Shown here: one piece after another, positions 31,157-40,048 of the stretch
Layout of the letters: every line of letters starts with the position of its first letter
How positions within the stretch are numbered: position 1 is the first letter of the stretch
IMG/VR virus record: IMGVR_UViG_3300044768_000011
Span: 1-51,223 of that record
DNA from: a virus
Lineage: Duplodnaviria > Caudoviricetes
Strand: one strand, 5' to 3'
Length of the DNA: 51,223 nt
The notes under the pieces: model-generated
Seen by the model: only the letters and a program-made list of their open reading frames with translations
Database searches by the model: none
What the model was told of the DNA's origin: nothing
Made by a program: the position numbers and the translations under genes

Positions 31157-34101
31157 CAGCCAGCCCTTCCCAGTAGATCAGCCTGCCGGCCCTGCACACG
31201 CCCAAGAACCTGACCATCCAACACGACCCTCAGGTCACCGCGCCCGAGGGCCCTGATCAGGGTGTCACTGATCTGCTGAGCGGTGACACCGGTTGGGGTG
31301 GAGGCGGGTGCCCCCGTCAACGAGCGGCGATCCAAGACCCGCGTCAGCCGATCGAACGACCTGGTCTGCATAGGCGACAGCATCCGTTCCGGGTACCCCG
31401 AACGGTTGATCGCAGCCTCACCAGAACGGATCAGCCCGCCCCGGTCCGCCAGGAACATCTTCCGCACCCGGTCCCCGAGGTAGTCCTGCCCCGCCGGGTC
31501 GAGAAGATCATACGGGCCGTCCCCAACGACGGGTCCGCCCTTCGCGTACCCACGGAGGTGGTACAGGCCGGTGAACATCGACGACCGCGCGCCGCGCGCG
31601 GACCGCCCGACCCGGGGACCGGTTGACCCCGCCGATTCCACGTTGACACCGTTGATCGTCCCAGCCATGTGCCCCGGGTTCCCGCGGCGCGAACCAATCA
31701 TGAAACTGCCCGGTCCGGACACGAAACCAGCCGAGGGGAACGACCCGGTAGCGAATCGGCGCGAGTACGGCGAACGGCCTTGCACCACATTCAGCAGGGC
31801 ACTCATGAACCCGCTGCAGTCGTAGCCGCGCGGACCTACCCCACCCCAGATGTACGGTTTCCCCACCTGCGCGCGAGCGAAGTTCAGGGCACCGTTCAGG
31901 GACGGGTTGAACCCGATAGCCGCTGAAGCGATCTTCGCGATCCGGTCCGCCAGCCTGGACGACGTGCCCGAGGCGAGCTCACCCTCACCGCGCGCGAACG
32001 CCCGGGCCGAGAACACCGGCCCACCTGCAGCGAACCCGGGGCCGCGCACCGATCGGCGCATCGCCAGGACCGCGGCGTGCCCTCCGGCGGCGACGACTTC
32101 CCTCGCCGTCCACACGTGCTCACCGTGGGACAGGCGAGCCGAAATACTGTCCGACGTTCCGGTGCCGGCGCCGCGGACCGGGCCCCCTGTGGCGCCGGTG
32201 AACGTCACCCCGCCGCGTCCGCCGCCACCGATCCGTACCCCGTACAAGGTCCGCGGGATGTTGTTCTTCAATGCGAGGCTGATGGTGGAGGTGACCCGCT
32301 TAGGGATACCGAGCACTTCCCGGGCGTAGTCTTGCGCGGCCTTTTTCGACAACCCGAACCGGCGTCCCATCCGTACCAGCTCTTCGCGGCCTGCCTCGGT
32401 GATCGCCGTCTGGCGTTTCTGGGAAGCGCCGGCCGCGGTGGCCGCGTCGCGCCATTCCAGGGTCGAGGACGCCACCCGATCCAGGGCGGCCCGGTTGGTT
32501 CGGCCCTTCGCGGTGTGAACGTCGAGGGTTTTACCGTTGTCCTTCAACGCCTGTGTTGCGTCATCGATCGATGCTTCATAGTCGTTCTGGGATCCACGGT
32601 TCCGTAGCAGGGCGCGCGCGTTCTTCAGCAGAGCTTCGCGGTCTTCCTCCAGTGCACGCTTGTGTTTCTGGGTTGCCGCGGTGGCCGCGTCAACAGGTGG
32701 TTTCGACGCGGCCACCGCGGCGGTGTACTGAGGGAACATCTTCCGCAGGCTGGCCACCGGCAGACCGGCTTTCACGGCAGCGTCCTCGTACAGTTTGATC
32801 TGCTTCGCGGCGCCGTCGATGTTCCCGCCGGTGACCATTGCAGCGAACGCCGTGTCGAGTTTTCTGGTGCGATCCTCGAAGCTCTTCTGCCCCTTTCCCA
32901 TATCGTCCCAGCGGGCGATACGGGCGCTCCACCCCTTGTCGAGGGCATCATGCGCGGAGACACCGAACTTCTGTAACGCCTCGGCCGTCGTATCAACCTT
33001 GTTCCCGAACAGTTGCGCCTTGTTAGAGAACAACTCGATTTCCGCGCCGGACAGTTTCCCTTGGCCGGAAACATCTTTCATTCCCTGCGCAAGCTTGGAT
33101 ACTTCCACGTTCGCCATCGACCATTGGCGGAGCTTCTCATCCGCCCATACCGCGGCGACCGCAACGCCGAACACGCTCATGGATGCCGCTGCCAACCGCG
33201 CGGCGGAGGCAATCTGGATCATTCCCTGGATCGACGTCGCCCACGTCGCCGCAGCCATCGCGGCAGTCCACGCGGACTGTGCCGCGGCCACCGCGACCAG
33301 CGCCTTACGAACCGTCCACACCGCGACCCCGAACCCGACCACCGCGATCGTCGCGGGCTGCAGGACGTCCATGTTCTGCTCGATCACAGCAAGGAAGGCG
33401 AGCCCGCCCTCCGACGCTTTGATCAGCGCGGGGAGGAGTTTCTCACCGACGGTTTCCTGTAGCTCACCGAACTGGTTCGACAGGATCGCGGCTTGGCCGG
33501 CCGCTGTTTTCCCCTCCGCCTCCGCGAATCCCCCTACCTGGGTGCGCAGTCCTCCCATGATCTGCTCGAAGTTCCCGGCGGTCGACCCGGTGTCCTTGAA
33601 GTTGATCCCGATGCCCTTGAGGGCTTTCCCGTTGCCCATCATCGCTTTACCGAGGACGGTCGCGGCGGCGGGGAGGTCCTTCCCGGTCTTCGCGGCGTAG
33701 TCCTGCATCAGCGGTGTCAGCTGGGTGATCTGGGTACCGGTGAGCTTGAAATTCGCGAGGACCGCCTGCCCGGACGACGTCGCGTCATCGTCGAACTTGA
33801 CCTTCTTCGCGAGCTCACCGTTGAGTTCCTGCAACGCGGCCTGGTTGGTGTCGGCCAAGGCGGGGAATTTCTCGAACGCCTGCTGCAGCTTCAGCGACGA
33901 CTGTTCGGCTTCGACGTACGCCTTGACCGAGTCCGACCCGAATTTGAAGATCGCCGCAGCGGCAATCGCCGCGCCGGCCGCGGTGGCCGCGCTGAACCGC
34001 TCGGCGCGCTGGCGAGCCCGATCGGTTTCGTCACCAACCTCCCCCAGCCCCCGGCGGACACCGTGATCACGGAACAGCAGATCGAAGACCAGGGACGCCA
34101 T
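31156..34101 (-). CDS. tape measure protein with NlpC/P60 domain
   Basis: long Ala-rich helical protein; GPV.G.GTGTSDSI.ARLS.GE motif; GKPYIWGG...YDCSG...GH. Confidence 0.92.
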   Translation of the reverse strand: MASLVFDLLFRDHGVRRGLGEVGDETDRARQRAERFSAATAAGAAIAAAAIFKFGSDSVKAYVEAEQSSLKLQQAFEKFPALADTNQAALQELNGELAKKVKFDDDATSSGQAVLANFKLTGTQITQLTPLMQDYAAKTGKDLPAAATVLGKAMMGNGKALKGIGINFKDTGSTAGNFEQIMGGLRTQVGGFAEAEGKTAAGQAAILSNQFGELQETVGEKLLPALIKASEGGLAFLAVIEQNMDVLQPATIAVVGFGVAVWTVRKALVAVAAAQSAWTAAMAAATWATSIQGMIQIASAARLAAASMSVFGVAVAAVWADEKLRQWSMANVEVSKLAQGMKDVSGQGKLSGAEIELFSNKAQLFGNKVDTTAEALQKFGVSAHDALDKGWSARIARWDDMGKGQKSFEDRTRKLDTAFAAMVTGGNIDGAAKQIKLYEDAAVKAGLPVASLRKMFPQYTAAVAASKPPVDAATAATQKHKRALEEDREALLKNARALLRNRGSQNDYEASIDDATQALKDNGKTLDVHTAKGRTNRAALDRVASSTLEWRDAATAAGASQKRQTAITEAGREELVRMGRRFGLSKKAAQDYAREVLGIPKRVTSTISLALKNNIPRTLYGVRIGGGGRGGVTFTGATGGPVRGAGTGTSDSISARLSHGEHVWTAREVVAAGGHAAVLAMRRSVRGPGFAAGGPVFSARAFARGEGELASGTSSRLADRIAKIASAAIGFNPSLNGALNFARAQVGKPYIWGGVGPRGYDCSGFMSALLNVVQGRSPYSRRFATGSFPSAGFVSGPGSFMIGSRRGNPGHMAGTINGVNVESAGSTGPRVGRSARGARSSMFTGLYHLRGYAKGGPVVGDGPYDLLDPAGQDYLGDRVRKMFLADRGGLIRSGEAAINRSGYPERMLSPMQTRSFDRLTRVLDRRSLTGAPASTPTGVTAQQISDTLIRALGRGDLRVVLDGQVLGRVQGRQADLLGRAG

Positions 34102-34592
34102 CAGCTGGCCGCCTGATCAATCTGCGCGGCGACCGCATCGATCGCGGCCTTCGCTTCCACCCTCGCCTGCGGGGCGAGCTCTTCCGCCGGGCCGGTAAAC
34201 CAGCCGGGCGTGATGGCTTGTACGACCCAGGTCGCGTCCCGCCGGGATTGGTTGGGCCGCTGGAACACCGGATGCCGGACACTGCCCTGATCGAGGCGAT
34301 TCAGTTCCCGCAGCTTCGCCGACTTCACCACCAACCGGACACCGTTGCCGAACCGGTTGTCCGAGCGGCGCAACCCCGTCTTCAACGACGTAGCGACCCG
34401 TTCATTCAGCCCTCCACGACGGGGCAGGACCGCCCGCGCGGACTCCGGGAGCGAGCGTTTCAGTGGCAGCACCGCCCGGTTCAGCCCACGAGTGAGCTCG
34501 CGCTGCAACCCTCGGTTGCCGGCCTCCTTCAGCGCGCGGGTGAGGCGTGACAGTTGATCAGCTGTCTCCGGACCGATCTCGATCTCGCTCAC
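34101..34592 (-). CDS. HK97 gp10-like tail/neck protein
   Basis: basic helical protein with G.VRHPVF...WV.Q...PGWF motif. Confidence 0.6.
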   Translation of the reverse strand: MSEIEIGPETADQLSRLTRALKEAGNRGLQRELTRGLNRAVLPLKRSLPESARAVLPRRGGLNERVATSLKTGLRRSDNRFGNGVRLVVKSAKLRELNRLDQGSVRHPVFQRPNQSRRDATWVVQAITPGWFTGPAEELAPQARVEAKAAIDAVAAQIDQAAS

Positions 34593-35144
34593 CGAGTGCC
34601 TCCCGATAGTCGTCGATCCAATCGCACGCCGCGTCGTGCTCGGCGACTGACCAGCGGTCCTGTTCCCTCAGTGAAGTGTGCAGCAGGTGGGCTATGTCGA
34701 AGCGGTACCGGTCGCGCTGGTCGCGGAATCGTCCGGGTCGGGCCCGTCTCCATCCGTGTCTTTTGGGTCGATTTTCTCCTGCCGGTCGAGTTCATCCAAC
34801 AGGACCGCCCGGCGTTCGGGGGTCATGTCCGGGTCAGCTTCGATCTTCTGCCGGGTCCGCTCGATGTCGAGGTCGATCCGCTCCCACTCGACTGACAGTT
34901 CCTTCACCCGGATCACCAGGTGATGAAACCTCAGGTCGGGTTGCTCACCGCGGAGCATCACGTACAGAAGGGCCCGATGCGCTTTCCGGTTACCCGACCA
35001 GCACAACCGGGCCCACTCGTCGTAGGTTTCCCATAGGTCCCCGCCGCACTCTTCCAGCCAGTCAGACTGGAACGACATCAGCGCGCCGGGGTCGATGGCC
35101 CACTCTCGTCTGGGTTCACCCTCAGGGGTGTAGATCAGCTTCAT
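34558..35144 (-). CDS. tail assembly chaperone G (34692..35144) and -1 frameshifted G-T product
   Basis: slippery C CCA AAA at 34767-34761; -1 frame reads ...RYRFDIAHLLHTSLREQDRWSVAEHDAACDWIDDY... to TGA at 34558. Confidence 0.8.
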
Positions 35145-35568
35145 GGTCTCCCTGGTTCCTGTATTCGTCGGGCGTACGCCGCAGCGCCGACAGCAGCAGC
35201 GCCGACGGGTGCGGCCGGTCCTGGACAGCGTCCTGCGCGATGTCGAGGGCGGTGCAGCAATGGCACCGCGCTGACACCCCCACGTCATACCCTTCCTCCG
35301 CGTCCGGCGCGGTGGTCTCCTCCAGCGGGTGCCCGCACCCCTTGCACAACCCGGCCTCGTAGTCGAGCAACGCCATCGCCAGGCCGGTCTCGTCCATCGA
35401 CCACCCGGGCTCGGTAGACGACACCATCCGCCCACCCGGGTCGTACACGTGCATGGTGACCACTGGTTCCCCGGTGACCACCGACGGGCGCACCCCCCAC
35501 GCGCGAGCCACTTCCAGCATCCGCCGTAGCGCCGGATCGGAGGCGACCAGTTCATAGGGGGTGGCCAT
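35122..35568 (-). CDS. stand-alone protein resembling the T part of another tail-chaperone family
   Basis: ARAWGVRPS...W...LAMALL.YEA.LCKGCGHPL...CHCC. Confidence 0.65.
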   Translation of the reverse strand: MATPYELVASDPALRRMLEVARAWGVRPSVVTGEPVVTMHVYDPGGRMVSSTEPGWSMDETGLAMALLDYEAGLCKGCGHPLEETTAPDAEEGYDVGVSARCHCCTALDIAQDAVQDRPHPSALLLSALRRTPDEYRNQGDHEADLHP

Positions 35569-36047
35569 TACGCGGTTGTCGCCCTCAGGTTCGGCTGTGG
35601 GCTGATGAAGAACGGGACCTCGTACTTGTGCACCTCGTTGGGGGCCGGGTCGATGTTGCGGACCTCACCGCACTGCCCGGGGTACACCTCCACCGCCTGG
35701 GAGGCGGCCCACGCCGTGCTGGAAGTGATGTCCCGACGGATCACGATGTTCGTGGCGAACGTATTGATCAGGGTGTTGTACACGGTGTCCGTTCCGGACT
35801 GCTTCTTCAGCCGGAGCATGGTGCCGGAGAAGTCGGCCCGGCCGGGGAGCTTGGTGTTGAAGGTGGAGTTGAGCGCGGACGTGTCAACTGTGCCGGTGTC
35901 GGGCTGAAACCCGTTGATCCCGTCGGCGGTGACCAGACTCGACAGGTCCACGCCCGCGTTGAGTTCGGCCACGGTGGGTGCGGCGATGTTCGCGATGGTC
36001 GGCACCTGGTAAACCCTGGTGCGGCCATCGGTAAGGGAATCAGCCAC
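35568..36047 (-). CDS. major tail protein
   Basis: VPTIANIAAPTVAELNAG...VEVYP pattern of actinophage tail tube proteins. Confidence 0.85.
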   Translation of the reverse strand: MADSLTDGRTRVYQVPTIANIAAPTVAELNAGVDLSSLVTADGINGFQPDTGTVDTSALNSTFNTKLPGRADFSGTMLRLKKQSGTDTVYNTLINTFATNIVIRRDITSSTAWAASQAVEVYPGQCGEVRNIDPAPNEVHKYEVPFFISPQPNLRATTA

Positions 36048-36050
36048 GGG

Positions 36051-36428
36051 TCACTCTCCTTCGTCGGTGGCCGGGGTGGCCGATTCATTGTGCTTGGATG
36101 CCTTCTTGGCAGTCGACTTTTCAACCGGTACCGGGTCCGGTTCGGTCTTGGGCGGTGTCGCCTGCCAACCGGTTTCATATGCTCCCTGCACCGCGTCCGG
36201 GTGCGAGGGGAACCTGTGGGCGGCGTGGGTGACCGGATGGTACAGAGTGACCCAACCGTCTTCCTCGTTCGCCTCCACAACCTTCGGCGGAACGAACGGA
36301 CCCGCATCCGCCTCGGGGTCCGGGCCGACAACCCAGCCTCGGGCCTCGTAGGACTCCCGCACCCCTGGCTGATCGGGGACGCGCGTTGCACCCGCGTCCG
36401 GGTGACTGATATGCAGCCAATCCGACAT
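36051..36428 (-). CDS. hypothetical protein with an internally duplicated domain
   Basis: two W...HP......Y...GW units. Confidence 0.7.
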   Translation of the reverse strand: MSDWLHISHPDAGATRVPDQPGVRESYEARGWVVGPDPEADAGPFVPPKVVEANEEDGWVTLYHPVTHAAHRFPSHPDAVQGAYETGWQATPPKTEPDPVPVEKSTAKKASKHNESATPATDEGE

Positions 36429-36433
36429 CTCGC

Positions 36434-36775
36434 TCACATCCTCAACCATTCGCCGGTCACCCCGGTTAGGGCACCACTGAAAGCCACCGCGATGAGACCG
36501 GTGACAGGGCTCGCCAGCGACTGAGGAACCCAGATAAACCGCTCCTCTGTCGCTGCCATCGTCTGCACCACGGACGCAGCACCGGCCGGAATGACAGCAC
36601 CGGACGGCGTAGAGCCCGGATCGGTCCACGTGATCGTTGTGGCTGTTCCGGTCGTCTTGATGTGCAGCACCAAGTCGTCAGAAGGGGCCACGGTTTCGGA
36701 TGCGAGCGGAACGGCCATCGCGGCAATCGTTCCGCCGGGAAAGGCGTTGATCGCCTTCACTGCTGGTAGCGCCAT
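36434..36775 (-). CDS. small putative virion protein
   Basis: beta-rich; position before the major tail gene. Confidence 0.7.
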   Translation of the reverse strand: MALPAVKAINAFPGGTIAAMAVPLASETVAPSDDLVLHIKTTGTATTITWTDPGSTPSGAVIPAGAASVVQTMAATEERFIWVPQSLASPVTGLIAVAFSGALTGVTGEWLRM

Positions 36776-37107
36776 TAGTCTTCTCCAACCGCAATCGTAA
36801 CGACCAGACCGGCCAGAGGATCTGATCCCTTGTCTTGGGCTACGAGTGTGGCTCTAACCCGGGGGACGATATGGTCATGTACGGAGAAAAACCCGTAGTC
36901 GTCGGTCTCGACTAGAGAGATCCAGGTGTCTTCCCCGCCGCTGTTGATGTATGCCTCAAGTCGAACGGTGAAAGAGACCGGACTGTGGGTGGTGTTCGCG
37001 GATACACCCATGGTGAAGTTCCGGCGAGGTCCCTCCTGTATCTGCAATTCCCATCCCGGGCCCACAGGGTGACCTTGCAGACTCACGAACGGTGGACTAA
37101 TCGACAT
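36775..37107 (-). CDS. hypothetical protein
   Basis: GGAGAG RBS; TAATG coupling. Confidence 0.65.
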   Translation of the reverse strand: MSISPPFVSLQGHPVGPGWELQIQEGPRRNFTMGVSANTTHSPVSFTVRLEAYINSGGEDTWISLVETDDYGFFSVHDHIVPRVRATLVAQDKGSDPLAGLVVTIAVGED

Positions 37108-37119
37108 CGGTCTCTCTCC

Positions 37120-37566
37120 TCAGACTTGGGCTCGGTAGGTGACGATAAACGGGGCGAGCACACCCGACCCGGCCTCGTTTTGAAGCGGGAGCGGACCACC
37201 CGATGTGATGTGAGCGATCATCACCAGCCCAGACAAGTCGAGGTCAGCCACGAGTGCATTCTCCATCGCCGCCAACAGGACCTGCGCCCGATCGAACCGG
37301 TCCTGCATGACGTCGTCCCCGGACTGGCAGATCACCGCGCACGGGATCGTCCCCAGCTCGTACCGGGAGGTGCCACCGATGTTCGCCCACTCGTAATCCA
37401 CGGACAGCTCGGTTTCGGAATCCAGGCGCCCATCGTGGCCGACCAGGACCAGGTCCGGGTCGGCGGAATCGGTCACCGGAAGTGCCGTATACACGGGTAC
37501 CCCCTCCATCACCGGCAGCCCGGTGAACTTCGCGACCAGCGCGGCGATAACACTCCCAGCGATCAT
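37120..37566 (-). CDS. tail terminator-like protein
   Basis: position; E..AL.AD.DL.GLV motif; ATGA overlap. Confidence 0.7.
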   Translation of the reverse strand: MIAGSVIAALVAKFTGLPVMEGVPVYTALPVTDSADPDLVLVGHDGRLDSETELSVDYEWANIGGTSRYELGTIPCAVICQSGDDVMQDRFDRAQVLLAAMENALVADLDLSGLVMIAHITSGGPLPLQNEAGSGVLAPFIVTYRAQV

Positions 37567-38393
37567 CCCAGACCACCGCCGGGCCAGCGCAGAAACGGCC
37601 GCAGGTCCTGCTCCAGGCGCCACAACACCAATCCCATGCCGGGCATCTCAATGGGCTGATCCTGGGCGCCCTTCCACGGGAGCCCGGTCATTCCCCGTTG
37701 AGTCTCGAACGAGCCCTTGATGAAGTTCAGGGACGCCTCCCGCAGGCCGGCCGCGACAAGGCCACGGCCGCAGACATACGTCCACAGGTACTCACCGCTG
37801 GGTAGGCGGTACCCGTTCGCGTAACCGACCCGGCCGGCGTCCGGGTCGACGTCGAGATCAGCGACCGTGAGGGTGTTCGTACTGTCAACCGCCACAGCCG
37901 ATGTGACCGACACGACCGGGGCCTCATGCAACCAGACGACCCCCCGGTTGGGGCAGTGGCGTTCGTTGCTGATGGTCCGCTGGACCACCGGCCCGCACCG
38001 GTGCTCGATCTTCTCGGTCGCCGCGGCGATCATCCGTTCGATTTCCGGATCGGATGCGGCGGAGGTCAGCGGAATGTTCAGGTGAGCTTTCGCCTCGGCG
38101 AGGGACACGATCCCCGTGGATGCGGCCCCGGACACCACGAACGCATCCGCGAACTTCTTCACCAGGGCGCCCAGGACACCCCCGGTCGCCGTCACCACAT
38201 ACGAGTGCCGCCCGGGGACAGTCGTCAGGTAGTCGAACACGTAATCACCCAGAACCGGCGTGGTCACCGTCGGTGCGCTCGTTGTCCCATCGGGGAGGGT
38301 CACAAGGCATGTCACCGACGCGGCGCCCGGCGCCCCGGTCGAGTCCTTGATCTTGAACACGTTCGAGGAGAACGTCTCGCCTGGCTCGATCAC
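37563..38393 (-). CDS. head-to-tail adaptor fused to an N-terminal Ig-like domain
   Basis: VSLAEAKAHLNI...D.EI..MI.AAT..IE..CG (gp6/gp15-like) after a ~95-aa beta domain. Confidence 0.8.
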   Translation of the reverse strand: MIEPGETFSSNVFKIKDSTGAPGAASVTCLVTLPDGTTSAPTVTTPVLGDYVFDYLTTVPGRHSYVVTATGGVLGALVKKFADAFVVSGAASTGIVSLAEAKAHLNIPLTSAASDPEIERMIAAATEKIEHRCGPVVQRTISNERHCPNRGVVWLHEAPVVSVTSAVAVDSTNTLTVADLDVDPDAGRVGYANGYRLPSGEYLWTYVCGRGLVAAGLREASLNFIKGSFETQRGMTGLPWKGAQDQPIEMPGMGLVLWRLEQDLRPFLRWPGGGLG

Positions 38394-40033
38394 CGCTCCT
38401 CACCTCCACTGAGACTGCCGGTTCCGCGGACACTCACACTCATATCGGCGACAGTACGGGCACCCGCTGACATCAACGCCAGGGCCCGGACGCCGGCGAG
38501 GAGAACCGGGACCGGGCGGACACCTACCGTGATAGTCCCACCGAACGGGACCTGCGGGCCCGGACCGAAAGCCTCCCCCGTCCCCGCCGCGATACCCGCC
38601 AGCACGGCCACCGCGATCGAGGCCGCCATCGCGGCGCCCGACCCCGACGTCGTACCGGCCGGCGCGTCCGTCCCGACCGCCCCGGTACCCGACGCGTCCG
38701 GCGCCGTCCCCGACCCTGCCGCGAACCCGGCGAAGATCTGCACCGCCACCGCCGGGTCGAACCCGGTCCCGGTCCCGGTCGCTGGGTCGGCGGAGGTGGT
38801 GGTCCCCGCGGACGTCGTCACACTCGGGTCGGGGGCGACCCCGGTCCCGGAGGCGAGCTCAGCGAACACGGCCACCGCGATGCTCGGATCACCAGCGGCA
38901 CCGGTCCCGGTGCCCGGGGCGGGCATCACCCCAACGGAGGCACCCGCGTCCGCAGCCGTCCCGGACCCGGTCGAGGACCCCGCAGTCACGGTGACCGCTA
39001 CACCTGCGTCAGCCGCAGACCCGGTCCCGGATGTAGGGTCGGCTGCCGCGTTCGCCCCGGCCGCGGTACTGACGGCCGCGTCCGGGGCGGTACCGGTCCC
39101 AGATGTGGGCTCCGCTGCAACGAGGATGCCCACCAACGCATCGGGGGCGACCCCGGTCCCCAGCCCTACACCGGCGGTGACCACGGAAGCGACGGAGGCG
39201 TCCGCCGCCGTCCCGGACCCGGTCGCGACATTCGGTTGCGAACCCGCGGCCACGCTCGCATCCGGGCCCGACCCGGTACCCGTGGCGGGGCTGGGAAGAA
39301 TCCCCACCGGTGCCGTCGGGGTCGGGGCGGTCCCGGTCCCGGTCGCCTGGTCGGCGTTCGCGGTACCCGAGGGGGTGCTACCGGCCGGTTCGAGCGCGAC
39401 CAGGGCAGAAACGATGTCCGACGACACCGACACCGTTGCCCCGGACGCCGTGTACGGGCCCGCGGCGACCGGCAGGAAATACGCGTCCGTCGCACAGTCG
39501 ACGTCGATCTGCTCCGTGAACGAGGTCGGCGGGGTGTGAGTGCCTGGTGTGTCGTTGTACCCGTGCCACGCCAGGCCGGCGATGTAGGCGGGGCTGACCG
39601 AGGCTGACGGGAATGCCGCGCTGGCCCCGGTGGTCGTCTGGTAATTCCCGCCGATCGGATCCCCGGCCGTGGTCGCGCCCACGAAACACATGACGTTCGC
39701 CGTCGCGAACATTTCGGTGGTGCCCCACGTGAAGCTGTAGGTACCAGCGTCCGGCGAGCCGGTGACCCGCTTCCAGAAGCAGTACGCCTTGACACCTGTA
39801 CCGGCGCTGACCTTGTACTTCTGGGTGAACCCCGACGGCGGCGTCACCGTCGGGTCGGCACTGGAATCCCACAGGTCCAGGAACACCAGGATGATGTCGT
39901 TGACCTGGTTGCCCGCCGGGACCGCGGGGGCCCGTGAGGTAGCCGCCCCCACCGAATTACCGGTGTTCGACGACGACCGGAACGTGATCGACCCGGCCCC
40001 GGCCGGGGAGCGCAGCAGCAGGAGAAGGCTCAT
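38390..40033 (-). CDS. fibre-like virion protein with ~20-aa GTGTAxDA repeats
   Basis: N-terminal globular domain then repeated (A/P)TGTG(T/V)APD(A/P)SV units. Confidence 0.8.
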   Translation of the reverse strand: MSLLLLLRSPAGAGSITFRSSSNTGNSVGAATSRAPAVPAGNQVNDIILVFLDLWDSSADPTVTPPSGFTQKYKVSAGTGVKAYCFWKRVTGSPDAGTYSFTWGTTEMFATANVMCFVGATTAGDPIGGNYQTTTGASAAFPSASVSPAYIAGLAWHGYNDTPGTHTPPTSFTEQIDVDCATDAYFLPVAAGPYTASGATVSVSSDIVSALVALEPAGSTPSGTANADQATGTGTAPTPTAPVGILPSPATGTGSGPDASVAAGSQPNVATGSGTAADASVASVVTAGVGLGTGVAPDALVGILVAAEPTSGTGTAPDAAVSTAAGANAAADPTSGTGSAADAGVAVTVTAGSSTGSGTAADAGASVGVMPAPGTGTGAAGDPSIAVAVFAELASGTGVAPDPSVTTSAGTTTSADPATGTGTGFDPAVAVQIFAGFAAGSGTAPDASGTGAVGTDAPAGTTSGSGAAMAASIAVAVLAGIAAGTGEAFGPGPQVPFGGTITVGVRPVPVLLAGVRALALMSAGARTVADMSVSVRGTGSLSGGEER

Positions 40034-40048
40034 GCGGTGAACCTCCCG

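Noticed and set aside
37926-39539. 537-aa plus-strand ORF and other long antisense ORFs across the genome
   Set aside because: Shadow ORFs of GC-rich minus-strand genes, with no RBS, motifs or operon context
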